From Eledone cirrhosa (lineage: Eukaryota), in contig OZ024740.1 in assembly GCA_964016885.1 (NCBI GenBank), forward strand, positions 217,248,001 through 217,312,000: a stretch of DNA of 64,000 bases, read 5' to 3'. Of this stretch, positions 53,841 through 64,000 are shown piece by piece (within the stretch, counting starts at the first letter, position 1; every line of letters begins with the position of its first letter). The translations under genes and the position numbers were made by a program. The notes under the pieces were generated by a model that was not told the origin of the DNA, did no database searches, and saw only the letters and a list, made by a program, of their open reading frames with translations.

Positions 53841-55420
53841 ACTCTTTTACTCTTTTACCTGCTCCAGCCATCCGGCTGAGGCCATGCTGGGGCACCGCCC
53901 TTGTTGCTACACATTTTATCTCGAGCCTGTATAGGTTGGCCACTGGTGTAAGAGGGAGCTTGTTGCTGCTGCCCTTAGGTTTCCCTCGTGTCTTGCTGTG
54001 GGCTCATCCGGGATCCTGGATAACAAGGTGTCGAGATGTTTCTTAAAGACATCCACCTCCACGTCATGCAAGTCTCTCAGATGCCTCGGTAGCCTGTTGA
54101 AGAGTTGAGGGCCCTTGAATCCCAGGCTATTGCAATACCTGCTCCTTATTCTAGATGTGGAAGGGGGGATCTTTGGCACCACACAGTGACGTCCTGTTCG
54201 ACGGTTGGTGCAGCTCCCAATGCCAAAGTTTGGTGCTAGTCCCTCCAGGATTTTCCACATGTAGATCACTGCGTATCTCTCCCGTCTTCGCTCCAAGGAG
54301 TAGAGGTTCAGTTCCTTTAGCCTCTCCCAATAGCTTGTCTCCCTCATCTTGGCAATCCTCTTGGTGTAGCTTCGCTGGATTGCTTCAAGCTCCGTGGTTA
54401 GTTTGACACTATGGGGTGACCACAACTGGGAGCAGTAGTCCAGGCGGCTTAGGACAAAAGTCCTCCACAGTGTCAACATGGTGTCTCGATCTCTTGTCCG
54501 GAAAGTCCTCAAGATCCAGCCAGCGAGTCGTCTGCTCATTGTCGCCACTTTCATGATGTGTGAAGAAAAAGATGCATCATCGCTCATGTCTATGCCCAGG
54601 TCTCGTATCGATTTTGACACGGGGATATCGGTCCCTCCTGGTCCTGTGTAGCTGTGTTCCACTATATTTGTGTTTGCAGGTTTGTATTGTAGGGCTTGGA
54701 ATTTTCCAGCATTAAACTGCATGTTGTTTTCTTTCGCCTATCTGTATATGGCATCCAGATCCTGCTGTAAAAGGGCAGCGTCAGCGGGGTTTTTGATTGC
54801 CTGTGCTACCTTAGTGTCATCAGCATAGCTAGTGAGGGATGTTGTTGCATGCACCACAGAGGGCATGTCCGAGAGAGCCACCAAAAACAGTAGTGGTGCC
54901 AGGACTGTCCCCTGGGGCACCCCACTTGTTATCGGTGTTTCCCTCGAGAGGGCCCCATTTGCTGCGACTGCCTGGCTTCTGTCCCTTAGGAAGCGATGCA
55001 GCCACTCACCTACTTTTCCAGTTATGCCGAGTCCGTGTAGTTTGTGACATATAATTCCGTGGTCGACCTTGTCAAAGGCCTTCGCAAAGTCAAGATATAT
55101 CACGTCCACATGTGAGCTGTCTAGTAGTTGTCTCGGTACCCAGTCGTAGTGATGTAGCAGCTGTGTAAGGCAGCTTCTTCCTGGGCGGACGCCATGTTGC
55201 GTGCTAGTCAGGCGGTCATTTTCTTCGTGGAAAGTGATTAGTTTCTTTCTGACGACTCGCTCCATGACCTTACTGATATGCGACGAGGGAGACTGGCCTA
55301 TAGTTCTTGGCCTCCGCTCTACTACGTCCTTTATGGATAGGGCATATTGTGCCTTCTTTCAGCTCCCTGGGTAGTACACCGCTAGCCAAGGAGCTTCTGA
55401 AGAGCATCTGAAGAGCATCA
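53841..55420 (-). mobile_element. 5'-truncated CR1-like LINE RT fragment
   Basis: ORFs 54738-55265 and 53916-54722 ([31 protein letters not shown]) split by a TAG; tail (AAAAGAGT)2. Confidence 0.92.
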
Positions 55421-56292
<872 letters not shown>

Positions 56293-56745
56293 TATAATAT
56301 TATTCAAAATATTAATAAATGAGAAATATTATCATAACCAAAGTATATATTTTATTATACATATTTCAAAGATACAATGTTGTTTCAGTACGTTTTCATC
56401 AGATAAAATATATAAGAGATTGCATGTGCGACATACCGCTAAGGTACTTGAATCGTCAAATCCTGTAGTGGCATCTTCAGGAATTGAAGATTCAAGAACC
56501 TTAGCGGTATGTCGCATATCCAATCTCTTATATATTTTATCTGATGAAAACGTACGGAAACACCATTGTACCTTTGATATATGTATAATAAAATATATAC
56601 TTTGGTTATGATAATATTTCTCATTTATTAATATTTTGAATAATATTATAGATACTCCAGAAAAATTACTGTCGAGTGCTTCTAATCTATTGTAAAATTG
56701 AATTCGTTGAATAATCAACAAACCATATAAACTTTTGGTTAAACA
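56293..56745. mobile_element. ORF-less fold-back element, family E (diverged arms)
   Basis: 56293-56459 vs 56484-56650 inverted with several mismatches; tail 56651-56745. Confidence 0.88.
56350..56408 (-). ncRNA. Hammerhead ribozyme (family E)
   Basis: Minus strand TTTTAT-CTGATGA-AAACGTAC..GTATCTTT-GAAA-TATGTA-TA-ATAAAA. The plus-strand copy (56535-56593) has GATA in place of GAAA. Confidence 0.75.
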
Positions 56746-56773
56746 TATATATATATATATATATCTTTAAAAC

Positions 56774-59700
56774 CAGGGCCTCATCTTTCCGGAAACACAT
56801 AGACAAATGCGGAAACAAAGACGGAAGGCCCATTGTCACAATTCTAGCGACTGAAAGAAACGTCGGCACGTTACGTATCAAGGAAGCGCTTTTTATCAAA
56901 CGACTGCAACCGCAAATAAACAACCGATCAGAGAGAAGCGAAATGAGATGGCTGGTTTAAGTTAACAAGCGATGCAACAACACACAACACACGCACACAC
57001 ACACACACACGCACACACACACAGTAGCATTCCACCATACGAACATACTACACTACCAATACAGAGGAACAAGGCAACAACACACGCACACACACACACA
57101 CACACACTCAAGTGAGACAACAACACACGCACACACACACAGTAACATTTAACAAACAGGCAGAGAATGGACTGACAGCTAGCGCCATCCCACTCCCTCA
57201 TTCGGCCGCTGACCTCTGTACGACCGACCCCATTTCACGCGCACGCGCGCTCTGTCGAATACCTCAGATATACAAAACAACAAACAGCGAAGGACGCGTT
57301 CCGGACTTGTCCGACAGACAACCTATTCCTCCATCCCGGAAAAAAACCCCAGTTGATGGATGTGAATCCGAAATATATAGGGACTATTAAATCTCTCCCA
57401 ATGTAACTCTCTCTTGTGTTGTTATTTTTATTTTATCCTTTATACTCTTCCCTTCATTCTACACATCTCACACATCTTATACACACCACCCATCTCAACG
57501 TACACCCACTTACATCTCTCTCTCCACCACCGGACCTTGTTACCCGGAGATTTACCCATTTGCATTGTCGAGGCTTCCAAACGACTTAAAGATATTTACT
57601 TATTGTTCCACAATGCTTCAAGCAAACTTCAATACTCTCTTATCCTTACACCTGGGCCAGGAATTGTTTGCATCCGCAAGGGAACTGTTTAGACTGTCGG
57701 AGAAATGGGCCAACGCTGGCTGCCAAATTATTTTCCTGAAACGCTGCATAAAAAACGATGTCATCCCCAACACCATCAGGAACATCCGCTTACCAGTAAG
57801 CCTACGTACACCAGCCTTCCAAAACACCACTAACCGCATACATCGCACGTGTATTAAACAGTTCCTGAGACATCTCAACCGCCAATTACACGTCCATAAG
57901 CGGACACTCTCAGAGCGGACACATCGACTGCCAATAGCACCCGGAGACTTACTCCTGAAAATCACTAAAGCAATCGACCAGTGCTACCACTCCAGAGTCC
58001 AATACGAGAAAAAAACGGCTCAAGCGAAAATATGAGTGGATCTTGTTGAAACGCCACAACGAGAACATCGACACTAACGAACAGACGGACCAGAACCACG
58101 TGGAAAACAACAACTTAACAACCGCCACCGCCGCAACCACCAACACCGAACCATACCTCAACGATGCGACGCACCTGGTCACCGACCTAACCGGCACTCT
58201 CACGAGCGACGAGCTGAAACTCCTACACCTCGGACCTAAGTTCATCGTCACACAACGTCTCGACGACAGTCACAAACTCAACATCGAGGCCAACTTTTGT
58301 CGAGCCGCTTACCAACTTAAATGGGTGACCGCCATCAACAGCGCCACAGAAAATAACAGCGCCGACGCAACCCACCCCAAGTTCCCCACTTACCACCCCG
58401 ACAACCCACTCCACCCCCCACCCACCAACCACGAACTCGACACTAAACTCATCAGGCTAAAACACTCCATCTCGGATATACTTCACAAACACACACACAC
58501 ACACACACAACACATAACCTCACCAAATCTCAACTCACCACTCTCTCCAACCTAAAATCGAAGAACCTCATCTATCTCCCCTCCGACAAGGGAAAAGAAT
58601 TCTGCATCATCAGCAGAGAGGCCTACAACACCCTGGCCCTCCAACACCTTGACGATGACAACCTCTACTCCAAGGTCACGGGAATCACTCCCGCGCAGAT
58701 AGAAGAACACATCAACTCCGCCTGGACCAACATCTGCGACCGGCGGAAGCTCCCGAAGAAGCTGAGATACAACCTCCTCACGAGGGACAGCAGACTACCC
58801 GCCTTCTACCACCTCGTGAAAACACACAAACAGGGACCCGACCTGAAAATCAGGCCCATCGTATCGAGCATGGAGGGACCACTCTACAAAATTTCATGGC
58901 TCCTAGCCAGAATACTCAAACCCATCTTAGACACCTTGCCGGGACACGTTAACAGCTCCGAGGAGGTGTTGAAGCGCCTGCATCAAATGGATCCGACACC
59001 AGAAGGAATAACAGATATGCCTTCAGCCTTGATGTAGTCGCTCTCTACACCTCGGTCCCGGCACTCCCGGCCGTCAATATACTAATAGAACGCGTCCAAT
59101 CCACCGACCTACACTGCTTCGGGCTCACCACCACTGACATCCACCAACTCCTATCCATCGTCGTCGACAACACCTACTTCGGATTCCTTGACCAAATATA
59201 CCAACAAACCTCGGGATTGCCCATGGGATCAAGCCTATCAGGTGTGCTAGCGATCTCTTACATGGACAACCTTGAACGCAAGGCACTCAACGCCTGCCAC
59301 CCCAACGCCGTAGCCTTTTTCTCAAGGTACGTGGGCAATATCCTCATCCTCACATCTTCCCAAGACACGTCGAACAGAATCTATGAGACGTTCAACAACA
59401 CGGACGAGAACATTGACTTCAGTGTTGAACACCCCAACGAAGACGGGTCACTTGCCCTCCTCGACTTCCGAATCAACATCATGGAACAGGGAAGGATCCA
59501 CTGCAACTTCTACCGAAAGGCAGCCTGCAGGGACCTATTCGTTCACTACAAGTCCGCCCTCCCTAACAGTGCCAAAAGAGGATACACCACGAACGAGATC
59601 GCGCGAATCAAAAACAGATGCAGCGATCCCGCGAGTGGTGTCACTCATACCAAGCGATTCCTCGAGGTGCTGGAGACGAACGGGTACCCTACCTCGATCA

Positions 59701-60378
59701 CAGACAGAATAGGAGACACCAGACGCAAGAGACAGAGAAGCACCCAAGGCAAGTGCTTCCTTAAAATGCCACACCTGGGCGAGAAAACCACCAACGCTAT
59801 CCGCAAGGCTATACGGAGGGAGGGCCTCGACATCCACCTGGCCCACTCGGGCCCCTCCCTGCGAAGATGCCTCTCTAGGAAACCCGAAAAATCTACTGAC
59901 GCATGCTCCCTCAGAGACTGCCCGATACGCCATGCGAACTGTTGCCTACGCACATACGTCGAGTATAATATAGAATGTGACAGGTGCAACCAATACTACA
60001 TAGGTAGCACAATTCGACCTTTGCACATCCGGATCAAGGAACACAGGGCCTCATCTTTCCGGAAACACATAGACAAATGCGGAAACAAAGACGGAAGGCC
60101 CATTGTCACAATTCTAGCGACTGAAAGAAACGTCGGCACGTTAGGTATCAAGGAAGCGCTTTTTATCAAACGACTGCAACCGCAAATAAACAACCGATCA
60201 GAGAGAAGCGAAATGAGATGGCTGGTTTAAGTTAACAAGCGATGCAACAACACACAACACACGCACACACACACAAACACGCAAACGAGACAACTACACA
60301 CACACACGCACACACACACAGTAGCATTCCACCATACGAACATACTACACTGCCAATACAGAGGAACAAGGCAACAAC

Positions 60379-60426
<48 letters not shown>

Positions 60427-60960
60427 AAGTGAGACAACAACACACGCACACACACACATAGTAACATTTAACAAACAGGCAGAGAATGGACTGACAGCTA
60501 GCGCCATCCCACTCCCTCATTCGGCCGCTGACCTCTGTACGACCGACCCCATTTCACGCGCACGCGCGCTCTGCCGAATACCTCAGATATTCAAAACAAC
60601 AAACAGCGAAGGACGCATTCCGGACTTGTCCGACAGACAACCTTTTCCCCCACCCCGGAAAAAACCCCAGTTGATGGATGTGAATCCGAAATATATAGGG
60701 ACTATTAAATCTCTCCCAAGGTAACTCTCTCTTGTGTTGTTATTTTAATTTTATCCTTTATGCTCTTTCCTTCATTCTACACATCTCACACATCTTATAC
60801 ACACCACCCATCTCAACGTACACCCACTTACATCCCTCTCTCCACCACCGGACCTTGTTACCCGGAGATTTACCCATTTGCATTGTCGAGGCTTCCAAAC
60901 GACTTAAAGATATTTACTTATTGTTCCACAATGCTTCAAGCAAACTTCAATACTCTCTTA
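56774..60960 (+). mobile_element. Penelope-like element of a different clade (Penelope/Poseidon/Neptune-like) with long direct pLTRs; ORF frameshifted
   Basis: 56774-57642 repeated at 60044-60960; LGPKF, PSDKG, KTHK..IRPIVS, LDVVALYTSVP, PMGSSLS, YVGN (decayed YVDD), YNIECDRC..YIGST..RIKEH. Confidence 0.92.
57347..57382 (+). ncRNA. Hammerhead-like motif with non-canonical core (second copy 60665-60700)
   Basis: CCC-CAGTTGA-T-GGAT-GTGA-ATCC-GAAA-TATA-TA-GGG in both pLTRs. Confidence 0.4.
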
Positions 60961-61607
60961 GGTATGATACATTTTATTACTAATTATATCTAAATGTTTC
61001 TTCTCTCTTCATAATGTATTTTTAACTCTGATACTGGTTCAGTCTAATTCAACCGGATTGGTCTGTCCCAGTCATTCATTGAGCAACATCGGTGAGGTTG
61101 GCACCATTAACTCACGGTTGGATGTGGATGCATTCATGTATATGTGTGTGTCCGCATGTATCTGTGTGTTTCTAAATATATTGTTCATAACTCCCTCTGG
61201 TCGAGTAATCTTTGAAGTGTGGTGACTGCTGGAAAGCTGCCATTACTCATACTTCTCGCCTCTCTCACCACCTCTTCTACGGCTTCGATATAAATACCCC
61301 TCCGCCTCGGTGGTATTTTCTTCAGGGATATAAGAGGCTTAGCTCTGTTTCTCGACCGTTATATCGCGTGACTATCTCCCCCTCCGCCTTTTGGGATTCT
61401 TTCTCACGTCATGTAGACGCGTTCTTGAAGCTAGAAAACGAGGTATCCTCTTGATAAGTCGGCAGACCTCGCAAAGGCTGTATATCTTTATGATGTATTG
61501 TTTTTGTTTATGCCACGAAACTACGTCGTCGAGGAATCTAGGAGCAGTTTAGGTATGATACATTTTATTACTAATTATATCTAAATGTTTCTTCTCTCTT
61601 CATAATG

Positions 61608-61610
<3 letters not shown>
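60958..61610 (+). mobile_element. ORF-less 591-bp unit with 62-bp terminal direct repeat and a hammerhead
   Basis: 60958-61019 equals 61549-61610. Confidence 0.7.
61446..61535 (+). ncRNA. Hammerhead ribozyme with U3:A8 covariant core and long stem II
   Basis: TCCTC-TTGATAA-GT(C)GGCA...TGCCAC-GAAA-CTACGTCG-TC-GAGGA; GUC triplet. Confidence 0.65.
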
Positions 61611-61646
<36 letters not shown>

Positions 61647-61869
61647 ATGTATTATGTTTGTATGTATACAACAATACGTAATTATGCATATTTGCGAATA
61701 CATCATTAAATACAAACAATTATACAAAAAACATACAATGTTATATGTTGTCACATTCTCACGGATACATCGACGTTTCTTTTAACACCACAAACTGCTG
61801 TGTATAATGCGACTGATAACAGCTTCGGCAATAACTTGTCAGTTAAACTGTTGTAGAAGCTCATTATAT

Positions 61870-61914
<45 letters not shown>

Positions 61915-61939
61915 AACACAAACACACACACACATATAT

Positions 61940-64000
61940 AAGAAATTAAAAGATGGTTAAAAAAGTTCCATATATTTTATTATGCGCATTTCAAAAACAA
62001 ATATCATCCTGGGACGATAGTTGCGTTCTCATCAGATAAAATAAGGTGACATGATATTATGTCTAAAAAAACACTTGTGAACAAGAAAGTGTACAATCAA
62101 CATATGATAAAACAATATAAAAGGAGAGAGAAGATTGGAAAAAAGAAGGAAGAGGGAAAAGGAAAAAGAAGGAGAAAGTAACGGAGGAAAAATTTAAGAA
62201 GGAAGGAGGAGAGAGAAGGAGAGAGACTTTTAATCGGGAAACGCTGTCAAAACTGAAAAACAGCTGTGAATAACGGCTAAAAAAATAAATAAATATATAC
62301 GGCCTCGAAATAAATAAATAAATAAATTGATGAGCTTTATGTGCTTAAATTACAGATACAGAAACTAGGTATATTATTTATTTAGGGTTTATATACTAAA
62401 AAAAATTGATTAAGATGTGTGCAAATGTATTATTAAAATAAAATAAAGTAAAATAAAATTAGATGATTTATAAGCGTAGAAGACAATATAATGTTATCGT
62501 TTGTGTAATTGAAAAATGTGAGAAAAATGTGTGAAGAGATATTTATGTGAAAAAAATATATGTGTAGAAAAAAAAAATAAGGGTAGTCAACCCATGTCAA
62601 AAATTAAAAATTAAAAATTTACTATTACAAATTATAGATTATATATAAACATTATAAATTATATATAAAAAAAAATATATATGTGGGAAAACTATTTAAA
62701 TATTTAAATATTATTTTAATCCACAAGTAAATAAAGGAAAATCTTATAATTATATAAGCGTAGAAAAAGCGAAGAAAAAAAACGTCATAATTTGTTTACA
62801 AAATCTACGAAGGTTTATACTGAAAGAAAATTGATATGATAAAGGAGGAAAAATGAGCGGCTTAAAAATAGTGAGAAAAAGAATATAAAGAAACATTAAA
62901 TATGAACTATTTAAATATCATTTTGTATCACCAAGTAGATAAAGGAATTTGCTAGAGTGATTTAAAGCGTAGAAGACCAAACAACGTCATAGTATGTTTA
63001 AAACTTTGTAGAATGTACTCAAATATGCGAGAAAAAAAGTGTAAAAAGATATTTGTGTAAAAAAAATATATATGTGTAAAAAATTTTAACCTTTATTCGT
63101 GGAATAAGATATAGGGTATAAGCTGTATACTTTCTGAAATGACCTAAGAGATTTATGGATGCAGAGAGCAAATAAATCGGTGCGTCTATTTATTATAGAG
63201 TTGAAATTTGAGATAATGGTAAATTTTTCAGCTAGACATAAATTACAAGCCCTAGATATGGAAGCATTAGAATATGGAGAAGCATTGCATATTTTACGCC
63301 AAGACATTTTGTAATTAATGTTTTTGTCTTTTAAGGACCAGATGAGTTCTGAGAGTGCAGTGTTTGTCCTTTTAAGTGGATATTTAAATGAAGAGGAATG
63401 GTTATATAGACTTGCCTTAAAAGAAGTAGAAGTAGAGCCAATGTAGGTATAAGAATTGGTACTAGTTAGCACCTTACATTCGTATACTAGATTTTTATCG
63501 AGACAGAAATTATTAAGAGGACATTTAGTTCTATTAGGGCAGTTGCATTTACGATTAGTATTATTAACAGAGTTATTTGCAAGTGGCCCAGGATTAATTA
63601 TAATAGGAATTGTAGTGGTGGAATTAGCTAAAGGAGGTGCTAATGTTTCCTGATTTAGATTACAAATTGAAGCATTCATCAAAGTTACGTTTGACGTCGT
63701 ATTTATATTTAAGTTATCTTGCCAAGAGTTTATATTGACGTCGGGCCTTATAGTTTTAGTATTATGACGCTCAAGGTTGGATGCATATGAGTTATTATTT
63801 AATATTTTAGTATTATGTTTTGAGATAATGTTAGAAATGTTGGAAGTGGTGGAATATGAGAATTTAATGGTATGCTTATTAAAAATCTTACTACAAATAT
63901 GTGAAGGAGGGAAGCAATTATCTAACGCCCTAAAAATAATTTAGGGATATTACTAATAAGTGAAAGAGAGAATGGACCGTTGTACCAAATGATATTCTTA
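61940..64000 (-). mobile_element. 3' part of a Naiad-type PLE; continues past the window end
   Basis: ORF 63086-63682: CNC..CPL..CL, LVY..YIGST, CNLC; the 3' UTR ends in a family C-like HHR. Confidence 0.9.
61973..62043 (-). ncRNA. Hammerhead ribozyme (family C relative) in PLE 3' end
   Basis: Minus strand TATTTTAT-CTGATGA-GAAC...GTTTTT-GAAA-TGCGCA-TA-ATAAAATA. Confidence 0.82.

Noticed and set aside
56774-60960. LTR retrotransposon, because of the long direct repeats
   Set aside because: The repeats include ORF ends, lack TG..CA termini, and the ORF is PLE-type RT plus GIY-YIG with no integrase.
61275-61330. Minus-strand CTGAAGA with an AAATACC/GGTATTT stem, a possible antisense ribozyme in the 591-bp unit
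   Set aside because: No GAAA adjacent to the stem and no stem I.

Overview
AT-rich eukaryotic DNA, most likely a cephalopod (octopus-like), judged from a tRNA-derived SINE with an RTE tail, RTE LINEs ending in (GAT)n and very long (TA)n arrays. Positions 1-7.1 kb hold disrupted, tandemly duplicated exons of beta-propeller (NHL/TRIM C-terminus-like) genes on the minus strand. The rest is a retroelement nest built inside (TA)n microsatellite: three RTE LINE copies, a near full-length CR1-like LINE plus a fragment, six Penelope-like elements (PLEs) of the YRDD/Naiad type and one PLE of a different clade. The main unannotated signal is non-coding: about 29 minimal hammerhead-ribozyme (HHR) motifs found by eye, a few degenerate or with variant cores. 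They sit in PLE 3' ends, in at least six ORF-less head-to-head fold-back elements with a one-sided tail, in a 310-bp retrozyme-like tandem array with five HHRs, and in a 591-bp terminally redundant unit. The CR1-like LINE also shows a clean -1 ribosomal frameshift signature joining ORF1 to an ORF2 that lacks an upstream AUG. All calls come from reading the sequence; no searches or folding programs were run.
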